Origin: an uncultured Bacillota bacterium
GTDB taxonomy: Bacteria; Bacillota; Dethiobacteria; DTU022; UBA8154
Assembly: GCA_937973635.1 (NCBI GenBank)
Contig: CALJJZ010000035.1
Location: forward strand, 103,947 to 167,946
Reading direction: 5' to 3'
Length of the DNA: 64,000 nucleotides
The translations under genes and the position numbers were made by a program. Below the pieces are notes generated by a model that ran no database searches, was not told where the DNA came from, and saw only the letters and a list, made by a program, of their open reading frames with translations. Of the stretch, positions 55,316-64,000 are shown piece by piece; positions within the stretch are counted from its first letter, which is position 1, and each line of letters opens with the position of its first letter.

Positions 55316-55476
55316 TGTAGCCGGCTAGCAACCGGTTATTTTCCCAAGAGGGGAGCCAGCAGGTTGCCCACTTTATCTGCTGCTTCCCGCCTCATTTTGG
55401 CCGGAAGCCTAGCTTCTTTATTTCTACTCCTCCCAGCCAAAGGAAAAGAGCACCGAGTTATCAGTGCTCCTTATGA

Positions 55477-56280
55477 TTATGTTTCCTGCCATATTTCATT
55501 GGGCCTGTCTTCTGCTATTATTTCTTCTGGGTACCATATTCTCCAGTGAGAGTTTTCTGCTACATAGCTGTTTATTTCTTCGATGTCTTCCGGTTTAACA
55601 TACTGTTCCGCCGGGACAATAAAAACTCTGCCGTCTGCATCGCCTAAAAACCAAATACCGGTTTCGGCATGGACAAACCGTTTGTTTTCTTCAGCAAAAT
55701 CAAAACCGGGCATCATTCTTACCGTCCGTGTTTCAGACCCCGCCAGCATTTCTTCTTTTATTTCATTAAGGGCTGCCCGGATGTGTTCTGGAGTTATTTC
55801 TTTTAAAACTGCTTCCGTTGTGGTAACGCCGTATGGCGGAGGGCTGCTTGGGCCTCCGACGCTCCACATTTCTCCCAGGTCATAGACGATGCTGTATGCG
55901 TTTATTAGGTGTTTTCGCCGGAGGGTTGGCGAAGCTTTCCTTAATTCCTCAAAGGCCTTATTAACATCAGCAATAACCGCCTGGACAACAGGTATCGCCA
56001 TGAACTCTCCTGCTGCGGAAATCTCCTGTAATGCGTTTTGCCATTCCTGTTCTATTTGAGCGACCTCTTCCTTTAACTCAGCAAATTTAATGATAGAATG
56101 CTCGTTTTTAGGCCAAAAATAACGGGTAAGCAGCTCACGGAGAGAAGAAGGCACTCCTTGGGCATAAAAGGCTGTTTCTTTTTCTAGCATAATATCGTTT
56201 AACCTATCGACTTCTTCATAATCCATCTTCTCGAGCGTTTCAGGCACAAGCCCGAGGGATTCTTCCAGCCCCTTAATCAC
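55477..56280 (-). CDS. Hypothetical acidic protein, possibly 5'-truncated
   Basis: 267-aa ORF in lower-GC DNA with no clear RBS and no recognisable motif. Confidence 0.5.
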   Translation of the reverse strand: MIKGLEESLGLVPETLEKMDYEEVDRLNDIMLEKETAFYAQGVPSSLRELLTRYFWPKNEHSIIKFAELKEEVAQIEQEWQNALQEISAAGEFMAIPVVQAVIADVNKAFEELRKASPTLRRKHLINAYSIVYDLGEMWSVGGPSSPPPYGVTTTEAVLKEITPEHIRAALNEIKEEMLAGSETRTVRMMPGFDFAEENKRFVHAETGIWFLGDADGRVFIVPAEQYVKPEDIEEINSYVAENSHWRIWYPEEIIAEDRPNEIWQET

Positions 56281-56303
56281 CGAGCATCACCGCTATATGG
56301 GCT

Positions 56304-57317
56304 TTATGGGGACTTTGGAAAAAAGAGTTCATGCAGTGCAGCGGTATTTAACCTTTGTCCGATCACACAGAGCTTTCCCGTAGCAGCGGGAGCTGCGCGG
56401 CGTATATTTTTCTCTCCCGGTACATAATCAAAATTTATCCAGTGCCCGTCTTCGCCCTGCAAAACCCCCTTGGCCCTGATGATCTGACCGTAGCGGGGGG
56501 AATTCCCAAGCTCGTCCAGAATGCTGTGCAGTAGGTCTTCCTCGTAAAACATTGTTGTTTCTCTACCCCAGGACTGGAAAGTTGCCTTAAGCAGATCTCT
56601 TTCTCCATGTTCGTAAGCATGGAGGCACCTTAAGCAACCAGCTTGCTCCTCCTGTGCATTATGAGAACATAAAGGCAAGGATGCTTTTTCCCATAAGCTT
56701 TCCCAACCCTTTTTATCCCTCTTTTCGCTTAATTCTATAATCTGACGCCCTGAGAGCTGCTCCCAGGGCGTGGCAATGATCTTTGCCCCGGTGTTTAGTT
56801 TCCTGATGTTATCTATAATTAAATCTAGGAAACCTTTATCTGCTAGCTGAGTACGGCTAAGGATAACTGTACCGGCCGCGGCGATCTGGTCCTTATAAAA
56901 ATCGCCGAAGTTATCAAGGTAAGCCTGATAATTTAAACTATCAACCACGACAATCTTCATGTTTAGCGCGCCCTTCCCTGAGCGGTGTACAAAGTCTTGG
57001 ACTGCGCTTATGACCTCCGATAGTTTTCCCAGGCCAGAGGGTTCAATTACGACCCGCTCAGGTTTAAAATTCTTTGTTAGCTCTTCCAGGGCCTCGCGCA
57101 AACTCCCCTGCAAACTGCAACAAATACAGCCGGAAGTGATCTCCTTGATCTCCAAAACAGTTTCTTTAAGCGTCTCCCCGTCTATGCCAATTTCTCCAAA
57201 TTCATTTTCGATAAGTGCTACCTTTTCTTTATGTAGCTCTTCTGCCAGCAATTTTTTAATCAGCGTGGTCTTCCCAGCCCCTAAGAAGCCAGAGACGATG
57301 TCTATTTTAAGCTCCAA
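56304..57317 (-). CDS. COG0523/CobW-family metallochaperone GTPase
   Basis: GFLGAGKTT, ENEFGE, GCICCS, IEPSG, CobW_C IIRAKG. Confidence 0.92.
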   Translation of the reverse strand: MELKIDIVSGFLGAGKTTLIKKLLAEELHKEKVALIENEFGEIGIDGETLKETVLEIKEITSGCICCSLQGSLREALEELTKNFKPERVVIEPSGLGKLSEVISAVQDFVHRSGKGALNMKIVVVDSLNYQAYLDNFGDFYKDQIAAAGTVILSRTQLADKGFLDLIIDNIRKLNTGAKIIATPWEQLSGRQIIELSEKRDKKGWESLWEKASLPLCSHNAQEEQAGCLRCLHAYEHGERDLLKATFQSWGRETTMFYEEDLLHSILDELGNSPRYGQIIRAKGVLQGEDGHWINFDYVPGEKNIRRAAPAATGKLCVIGQRLNTAALHELFFPKSP

Positions 57318-58081
57318 GGATATTCACTTCCTTTTTTTTTGCTCTTAATCATCCACCAGGAAAACAAAAGTAGCGGGGGCGTAATTAATTGGGTTAGGGT
57401 AAAAAAACCGTAGCCCCAGAATTCATGCACATAACCTAGAAGATAAAGGGGGTTTTCCCGAAAGGTTTCCTCAATGCCGCCACGCAAGAGCGAATAATAA
57501 AAGATAAAAGACCAGAAAAGCACTCCTGGCTCATTATTCGCCCGGCGGGCCAGGTAATTGTGGATCAAAAGGACGGAAAGGCCGATTAGAGAGCCGTAAA
57601 TCTGGGTGGGGTGGCGTTGCATAGACAGCAGCAATGCGGGCCGGCCAAGGATTTCCTGGTTGAAGATATTAGCGATCCGGACCAGGGCATAGCCTATGGC
57701 AATACCCGGCACTGCCAGATCGAGGAGCATATTGAGATTAAGCTTGTGGCGGCGAGCCCACAGCCAGGCCCCAAATAATCCGCCCAAGAGCCCTCCGTGG
57801 AAAGCAAGGCCGCCATGGTCAATGCGGATTATATTTTGAGGAGCAGCGGTAAAATAGCCCAGATTTGTCAGGACGTAAAGGGCACGAGCTCCTATTACAC
57901 CCAAGGCAAGGGCAAAAAAGACTACTCCTAAAAGGTCATCTTCTTTAAAGCCTTTCCCCTTTCCTTTTGCTATCAACAAAGAGGCCCCTAGAGCAAAGGA
58001 TATGGCCATCATGAAACCGTACCAGCGGACAGCCAGAGGCCCCACGGCAAAAATAATAGGGCTAATATTTTCCCTTAGCAT
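57302..58081 (-). CDS. lgt: Prolipoprotein diacylglyceryl transferase
   Basis: VRWYG, GARALYV, GGLAFHGG, RIANIFNQE..G, HPTQIY. Confidence 0.88.
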   Translation of the reverse strand: MLRENISPIIFAVGPLAVRWYGFMMAISFALGASLLIAKGKGKGFKEDDLLGVVFFALALGVIGARALYVLTNLGYFTAAPQNIIRIDHGGLAFHGGLLGGLFGAWLWARRHKLNLNMLLDLAVPGIAIGYALVRIANIFNQEILGRPALLLSMQRHPTQIYGSLIGLSVLLIHNYLARRANNEPGVLFWSFIFYYSLLRGGIEETFRENPLYLLGYVHEFWGYGFFTLTQLITPPLLLFSWWMIKSKKKGSEYPWSLK

Positions 58082-58126
58082 TATGCCACCAGCTTATTAA
58101 AGGGATTAGCGGCGCGCTTTTAAATT

Positions 58127-58147
58127 AAATGCAATTTAATTGCATAT
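58127..58147. promoter_or_regulatory. Zur-like (Fur-family) operator between divergent metal operons
   Basis: ATGCAATT-T-AATTGCAT perfect inverted repeat; flanking genes are COG0523 and YcgR/YcgQ-like. Confidence 0.6.
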
Positions 58148-58346
58148 GTATATATTATATATCTCTCTAGCCTAAGATGCAAGGAGGTTTTGGGAAAAGG
58201 CGGCAAGCTCTCAGCTGTTGGGTTTTGTAAAAAAAGAGGAAGGCAAAGAGCAGGATTATATTCTCCCTTGTTGAAGATATGGAGACAGAGATCGTGTAAA
58301 CGTTTAATCGCCATATGAAAATAAATATAGAAAGGGCTTTGCGCTA

Positions 58347-59981
58347 ATGGGCGTTGCGCTGGAAATTGTGGCCGGTTTTTTGGGCGCAGGCAAAACAACC
58401 GTAATCAACCAGATGTTGAAATCATACCTTGCAAACGGCCATAAAGTGTTGGTCATCCAGGGTGAAAGGGGAGAAAAAAACATAGACCAACAGGCCTACC
58501 AAAATACAGGCAGGCTTGTTGTTAAAACGGCAAAGGTTAAAGATCTAGATCCTTTGCAGCTGGTTCGCTGGCTAGAGGAGCATAAACCTGACAATTTGAT
58601 TATTGAAAACAACGGCATGGAAGAGCTGGAACCCCTTTTAAAAAAATTAGAGCAACGTCCACTGCGAAAATATTGCCGCCTGCAAAGGATAATTTCCCTT
58701 GTAAAAGCCGGGACATTTAATCTTTATGCGGCAAACATAGGCAGGCTTTTTGGGGAACCGCTGTCAAAAGCAGATATGGTTATCCTCACAGCAACAGAAG
58801 GCCTGCCAGCAAAGGACTTGCGCCAAATTCAAAAGGAGATCTTAAAATTTAACGGTGACGCTGCTTTTTTACTCCTCCCTTCTGCCGCAAAAGCAGAAAA
58901 ACAGTTTCCTGAAGAGAGTTTTTCTGCTGGAGGGAAAAGGGGGCTCTTTAGCACAGCTGACCCCCTAGTTTCTTTTGCTTTGCTTTACGCCATATTGTTG
59001 GTATTTGGTTTTATAGTCACTTTGAGGGTTTTTGATTATGCCCGGGGTGAACTTTACCTGGCCCGGGCCCAAATATTTATCACTATATTTGTCAGCATAT
59101 TGCTCCAGGCTTTCCCTTTCATCATGATAGGGGTCTTGGTATCGGCGGCGATCCAGGTTTTTGTTCCCCAGCAATTTTTTAGCCGCCTCTTTTCGCGAAA
59201 CGTTGTTTTTTCTACGGCGATAGCCGTAATGGCCGGCATTTTTTTCCCTGTCTGTGACTGTGCCATTATCCCAGTTATGCGCCGGCTAGTTCAAAAAGGA
59301 GTCCCCCTTTCTGCAGCGCTTACATTTATGCTCGCTGCTCCCATAGTTGATCCGGTGGTAGTTGCTTCTACGGCCTACGCTTTCCCCGATAAGCCTTTTA
59401 TAGCCCTCTACCGCCTTTCTTTAGGAGTGTTTATTGCCATCATTGCCGGCCTGATAATGCGTATTATACCCTACAAGGGAGAAATTTTAAAAGGAGGCGC
59501 AGTGTTTAGCGCTTGTTCCTGTGGTTACTGCAGTCAAGCAGACTCGACAAGGGCAGACCCCCATCCCTTCACAGCCCGTATAAAGGGGATGATAAACCAC
59601 GCCACAGCCGAATTCTTCCAGGTTGGGCAGTTCCTTGTCCTGGCTGCCGTGTTTTCTACTTATATTCAGACCAGCATCTCGCCGGCTACTGTGGCTTTTT
59701 TCGCTGGCAGCCCTGTCGGAGCGTTGCTGACGATGATGGGTTTTGCTTTCATTTTGTCTATCTGCTCCACTTCCGATGCTTTTATCGCCAGAAATTTTAT
59801 CCACCAGTTTCCCCTGACGTCTATTCTGGGTTTTATGGTCTTTGGTGCGTTTTTGGACATCAAGAATTTACTTTTGCTCTCTGGAAATTTTGCAGGCAGG
59901 TTTGTCGTTCACTTGGTCTTATTAATTGTAACGGTTTCCTTTATTGTACTCTCTTTATCAGGTAAAATGTTGTTTTTTTAA
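58347..59981 (+). CDS. Degenerate CobW-like GTPase domain fused to a DUF318/YcgR-type permease
   Basis: N-terminal GFLGAGKTT without CxCC; C-terminal QAFPF..G, FPVCDCAIIP, LSICSTSDAF. Confidence 0.82.
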   Translation: MGVALEIVAGFLGAGKTTVINQMLKSYLANGHKVLVIQGERGEKNIDQQAYQNTGRLVVKTAKVKDLDPLQLVRWLEEHKPDNLIIENNGMEELEPLLKKLEQRPLRKYCRLQRIISLVKAGTFNLYAANIGRLFGEPLSKADMVILTATEGLPAKDLRQIQKEILKFNGDAAFLLLPSAAKAEKQFPEESFSAGGKRGLFSTADPLVSFALLYAILLVFGFIVTLRVFDYARGELYLARAQIFITIFVSILLQAFPFIMIGVLVSAAIQVFVPQQFFSRLFSRNVVFSTAIAVMAGIFFPVCDCAIIPVMRRLVQKGVPLSAALTFMLAAPIVDPVVVASTAYAFPDKPFIALYRLSLGVFIAIIAGLIMRIIPYKGEILKGGAVFSACSCGYCSQADSTRADPHPFTARIKGMINHATAEFFQVGQFLVLAAVFSTYIQTSISPATVAFFAGSPVGALLTMMGFAFILSICSTSDAFIARNFIHQFPLTSILGFMVFGAFLDIKNLLLLSGNFAGRFVVHLVLLIVTVSFIVLSLSGKMLFF

Positions 59982-60013
59982 TATAAGTTAATATAAGTTA
60001 TTGGGGAGAGGGT

Positions 60014-60823
60014 ATGATGAAGCTTTTTGGCGCTCGTTTCCTAAACCTGGATGCTTTGTTTAAAACGGCCATACTCCTGGGCTTTACTATATTTTTTACC
60101 CAGACCATAATTACTGGTGAAGCGCTGGCCTATGTATCCCCCAAAATATTCCCCTTCATTAAATTCAGCGCTGCCATTATGGCCCTAATGGCCGTATTTT
60201 CTGCCGTAGATATAGTTAGAATTCCCCGTAAGCGACCCCGCATGACCACCTATACCCTTTTTGCCCTGTCTCTGGCCTTGGCTTTGCTTTTCCCTCCGGC
60301 CTTCCTCGGCGGCAGCGATCTTAAGGGGAGACAGGTAGATCTAGGCCTATACCGGACAGAAAACGGAGCAACCCGAGCTTCCGGCAACCTAGAACTAGGG
60401 CGGGCGGCGGAACAGCAAAGGCCGACAGGTCCAGGAGAGCCGCCGCCTGCTTTACAGGGGAACAAAATTGTCTTTACAGAAGAAAATTTTTATTACTCGT
60501 TGTACTTGCTCTATCGAGAGGTGGAATATTACCAAGGAATAGAGGTGGAGATAAGCGGTTTTGTTTTTAAAGACGCATCTTTTGCAGCAGACGAGTTTGT
60601 CGTTTCACGTTTTGTCATGGTCTGCTGCACCGCCGATATGCAGCTGGCAGGCATAATGTGCCATTTCCCCGGATCGCAAGGGCTGGAAGAAAACACATGG
60701 GTCCGTGTTAAAGGAGTTTTGCAGCAAGGGACGTTTAGGGGAGAAACCATACCGGTCATAATCCCTGTGGAAATATCTCCCATTAATATGCCTGATCCGC
60801 CGTATGTGTATCCCAAATTCTAA
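60014..60823 (+). CDS. TIGR03943/YcgQ (DUF1980) putative permease subunit
   Basis: 3 TM, GFVF, RFVMVCCTAD, WVRVKG, PYVYP. Confidence 0.85.
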   Translation: MMKLFGARFLNLDALFKTAILLGFTIFFTQTIITGEALAYVSPKIFPFIKFSAAIMALMAVFSAVDIVRIPRKRPRMTTYTLFALSLALALLFPPAFLGGSDLKGRQVDLGLYRTENGATRASGNLELGRAAEQQRPTGPGEPPPALQGNKIVFTEENFYYSLYLLYREVEYYQGIEVEISGFVFKDASFAADEFVVSRFVMVCCTADMQLAGIMCHFPGSQGLEENTWVRVKGVLQQGTFRGETIPVIIPVEISPINMPDPPYVYPKF

Positions 60824-60900
60824 ACGGGGAGCAAGTTATAAATTTTTTTGGCAGCAAGCAGGAAAATGAAAACAACAGGGAGAATAGTAATAAACAGTTG

Positions 60901-60927
60901 GTGTTACTAATTTAATAATAATAACAC
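60901..60927. promoter_or_regulatory. NikR-like operator
   Basis: GTGTTAC-N13-ATAACAC inverted repeat; further half-sites GTAACAC (60982) and GTAATAC (61002), also 13 bp apart. Confidence 0.6.
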
Positions 60928-61043
60928 TGAGACAAAAAGGAGCAGAAAACAGGAAATTAGTTATTTTTTTTTGGTCCTTTAGTAACACAAAAACAAATTT
61001 AGTAATACCAGCACATAATTCCTTAGCAAAGGAGGATGCTTTT

Positions 61044-62030
61044 GTGTATGGTGGGGATATTTTTGCCAAATGGAGAGATAGAGAAATTACCTTCATTGGA
61101 GAAGGGGTAAAAGCGCAGTTTGACAATACCCAGCAGACTCCCCTGGGCTTTCAGTGGCGCGGGAGGCATTATGAAGTATTGAAGATGTTGCACAGCGCTA
61201 AAAACCCAGAAGGCCACTTGCAATATCTCTTGCTCACAGATGGGGGGATCTTTTCCCTCGCTTTGAAACGTGAAGAGAGCAAAGCTGACCTGTGTCGCAG
61301 CAGGTGGTTTTTAAATTTTCGTGTAAAGGACGAAAGGGAGGCGAACAGCAATGGCCCTAACTTTTCAAGTAGCAGTATCGAAATGAAAGGGTTGCTTCAG
61401 GGCAAAGAGCTAAGCCCTATCTCCCTGGTGCCTTTACTGCTGGCTAATGTGGCGTACTACCACGGCCATCTTTGCCCTGAGCTGGCTGTTGGGTACCGGG
61501 CCGCGCTAGTAGCTCAGGAAGAATTAGGCTTCTCCCGGCATAACGCCCACAATTTTTTTATAGTGGCCGAAAACATGACTTCGGCCATTGAAGCGCTGCA
61601 GCTCATCACAGGCTGCACCATCGGCAACCAGAACTTTTTTGCCTACGACCTAGGGAAACATGTCTATTATTTCGGCAGTTATGCCACAGCACAAGAGCCA
61701 GGGAAAGCCTTGCGCCTGGCTTTGACAAACCTTGTTGTTGATCTTAGCCCCAAGGGCGAATTGGGAAGAAGGCTCTTCTCCGGAGAAGCGAACAGGGAGG
61801 AACAAAAGGAATACCAGCAGGCTATCAATGATGCGGTACAAAAGATTTTGCATCTTGCTCCACAGGATCTATTTACAAAAACCAGGATCTCTTTACAACC
61901 ACCTAGGGCTGGTGGACATTTGGATTATACCTGCTGTTCCCACTGCGGGGAGGTGACGGTAAGGGGAAAATGCCATCTCCTTGAAAATGGTTTTGTTTGC
62001 CCGGTCTGTTTCGCCAAAGCTAAAATGTAA
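61044..62030 (+). CDS. FmdE-family protein with N-terminal extra domain and C-terminal zinc finger
   Basis: YHGHLCPELAVGYR, ITGCTIGN, CSHCGE..CPVC. Confidence 0.82.
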   Translation: MYGGDIFAKWRDREITFIGEGVKAQFDNTQQTPLGFQWRGRHYEVLKMLHSAKNPEGHLQYLLLTDGGIFSLALKREESKADLCRSRWFLNFRVKDEREANSNGPNFSSSSIEMKGLLQGKELSPISLVPLLLANVAYYHGHLCPELAVGYRAALVAQEELGFSRHNAHNFFIVAENMTSAIEALQLITGCTIGNQNFFAYDLGKHVYYFGSYATAQEPGKALRLALTNLVVDLSPKGELGRRLFSGEANREEQKEYQQAINDAVQKILHLAPQDLFTKTRISLQPPRAGGHLDYTCCSHCGEVTVRGKCHLLENGFVCPVCFAKAKM

Positions 62031-62198
62031 ACTAAAATGTCGCCGCTGTCTTTTACAAAACACAGGTCCCGTAGCAGGGCAACAATCGCTTTCTCTGCAG
62101 CGCCTTAACACAGCGCTAAAAAAAGCCATAATTTGTTGCTTCCCTGTCTTAGGTAATAAGGCATAAAAGCAAAAAAATTAGAGAAGGAAGGTACAAAA

Positions 62199-63410
62199 AT
62201 GAGCAGGAAAACAACAATAATGATAGCACTGTTAGTTGTAGTTGTTTTTCTAGGGGGGCTACTCCTTACAGGTTGTTCTAACATGGACAATAAGGGACAA
62301 AAAGACAATCAAGAAACGGTCCAGCAGAAGGATTCCACAAAGGGGCAGGAAAAACAGCCTACGGTTGGAGAAAAGCCTACAGTCGAAGAAAAGCTTACAA
62401 TTAAAGATATGTTTGGCAGGGACGTAACTGTCCCCCAAAAAGTTGAAAGAGTAGTGGTTGTGGGTGGAGTATTAAACCATATGAATTGGTTACAAGTGGA
62501 AGACAGAGTAGTTGGCGTTGAGGAAATTGAAACCCGCCCTGATGAAAAATCTGGAGGAAGGGTCTATCGCTGGGCTTTCCCTTCTTATGCCAGCCTCCCA
62601 AGTATAGGCCCTGCTGCCCGGCCCGATGCTGAAATGATATTAAGCGCCGCGCCAGAGGTCGTTTTCTTCGCCTCTTTAACACAGGATGCTGTTGAAAATT
62701 TACAAAGCCAGCTCACGCTGCCTGTTGTCGGCCTTCTCTATCCAGAGTTTAGCGAGGAAAGGGATAATTTCTATAAACAGTTGCGGTTAGTAGCAAAAAT
62801 TATGGACAGGGAAGAGCGAGGAGAAGAGCTTATAGGTTGGATTAACAAATCTTTAACCGATTTAAGCCAAAGAGCTAGCTTGCCAGATACTTTTGAAAAA
62901 CCCAGCTGTTATGTGGGAGGGATTCTACAAGGGCCCGAGGGGACGGGGTTGACCTCCACCATGCCTTACTACCCGCCGTTTGTGATGTTGGAGGTGAAAA
63001 ACGTAATATCTCCTGCTGATTTAGGGCTGCTAACTCCCGGGACATTAGGAAGATATACCGTTGATATTGAATTTCTAGTGTCCAAAAATCCTGATTATAT
63101 CTTTATTGACCGGGCAGGAACCGGGCCAACAAAGATGCAGTACGAGAACAACAAAGATGTTTTGAGGCACGTTAATGCTATAGCAAAAGAAAATGTTTAC
63201 GGGCTACTGCCGTGGCATGCCTATAACAATAATGTGGAAACAATGTTTATCAATGCTTACTTCATTGGCAAGGTTATCTACCCCCATAAATTTACGGATA
63301 TTGACCCCATTAAAAAAGCAGAGGAAGTCTATCAATTTTGGTATGGAAATTCAGTCTACAACAACTTGTCCAATGCTTTAGGCGGCGGGCTTAATAAATT
63401 TGACTTTTAA
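62199..63410 (+). CDS. Fe/B12-type (class III) ABC substrate-binding lipoprotein
   Basis: LTGC lipobox, IKDMFGRDVTVP..VERVV, NPDYIFID, AYFIGKVIYP. Confidence 0.87.
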   Translation: MSRKTTIMIALLVVVVFLGGLLLTGCSNMDNKGQKDNQETVQQKDSTKGQEKQPTVGEKPTVEEKLTIKDMFGRDVTVPQKVERVVVVGGVLNHMNWLQVEDRVVGVEEIETRPDEKSGGRVYRWAFPSYASLPSIGPAARPDAEMILSAAPEVVFFASLTQDAVENLQSQLTLPVVGLLYPEFSEERDNFYKQLRLVAKIMDREERGEELIGWINKSLTDLSQRASLPDTFEKPSCYVGGILQGPEGTGLTSTMPYYPPFVMLEVKNVISPADLGLLTPGTLGRYTVDIEFLVSKNPDYIFIDRAGTGPTKMQYENNKDVLRHVNAIAKENVYGLLPWHAYNNNVETMFINAYFIGKVIYPHKFTDIDPIKKAEEVYQFWYGNSVYNNLSNALGGGLNKFDF

Positions 63411-63422
63411 GGGGGCGTCAAA

Positions 63423-64000
63423 GTGGTTGTAAAAGTGAATGAGGCCTTGGGCATAAACTATGAGTTAGAAAAATCTCCTCCTGCCCCTTATATTACCAGA
63501 TACATGGATATGCTTAACTCTTGCCAGGAGCTGGCCATATTTTCTTTGGGCATAAAAAGCGGCTTATTTGCCCAGTTAAAAGAAGGACATACAATAAAGG
63601 AACTTTTGAGTAAAACTAACTGGCATGAAGCAATTGCCCATCGTTTACTGCAGTGCATGTATGCCTATGGTTTTATAAATAAACACGGGAAATATTATAA
63701 AAACAGTGTTTTTACAAACAATTTTGCCACATCGTCCTCACCTTTTGCCCAGCTAAGGACATTATCTGCTGTGCACTTTAACCAAGATATGCATACTAGA
63801 ATTATTAATGCCTTAAACGGCCCTCCTAAAGAAAAAGTGCCCATTACTGAAGTTTTTAATGCCCCTGTTCTTTTAAGTATGGCGGAGCATTGCATTAGGG
63901 GAGGACTCCAGCAAACTGTTTCCTTTTTATGTAGGCATAAAAAGGTTAGAGAAGCCAAGAAGATGCTTGATCTAGGGGGTGGCCACTCTCTGTACACTAT
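63423..64000 (+). CDS. SAM-dependent O-methyltransferase with dimerisation domain, 5' part (missing from the ORF track)
   Basis: Open frame from GTG 63423 to the window edge, ending KMLDLGGGHSLYT (SAM motif I). Confidence 0.82.
   Translation, partial: MVVKVNEALGINYELEKSPPAPYITRYMDMLNSCQELAIFSLGIKSGLFAQLKEGHTIKELLSKTNWHEAIAHRLLQCMYAYGFINKHGKYYKNSVFTNNFATSSSPFAQLRTLSAVHFNQDMHTRIINALNGPPKEKVPITEVFNAPVLLSMAEHCIRGGLQQTVSFLCRHKKVREAKKMLDLGGGHSLYT

Noticed and set aside
59980-60001. Tandem ATATAAGTTA duplication; similar CTAAAATGT duplication near 62020-62040
   Set aside because: Two-copy micro-duplications at gene ends with no sign of function.
1-64000. CRISPR arrays, cas genes, transposases, integrases, rRNA
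   Set aside because: None seen: no regularly spaced repeats and no matching protein motifs.

Overview
Chromosomal window from a GC-rich, spore-forming anaerobic Bacillota (Clostridia/Dethiobacteria-like: gpr, rpsT-holA, lysS-greA, SigH- and sigma54-type promoters). It contains a Fur-boxed feoAB operon with an unannotated 58-aa Cys-rich gene; a very large alpha-glucan/glycogen region (two GH57s, DUF4912, glgB-C-D-A-P, GH13-MalQ fusion, ROK kinase) with a two-subunit tungsten aldehyde:ferredoxin oxidoreductase inserted between glgB and glgC; a glutaredoxin plus ferredoxin:thioredoxin-reductase-like gene that reads through UGA as a probable selenoprotein; a sigma54 activator whose target TRAP operon is collapsed to a deletion scar; a partner-switching/two-component cluster; tRNA-Pro(CGG); and a lower-GC metal-homeostasis region with Zur-like and NikR-like operators. 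The most striking unexplained signal is a pair of paralogous, ORF-free, highly structured transcription units (about 34320-34674 and 38581-38859). They share an identical AT-rich 17-mer placed 11 bp before TTGACA-N17-(G/T)ATAAT promoters and a conserved terminal helix (CAGGUUCCGAGAGG ... GUCUGUUGGARCCUG). I could not assign them to a known RNA class. All calls come from reading the sequence; no searches or folding programs were run.
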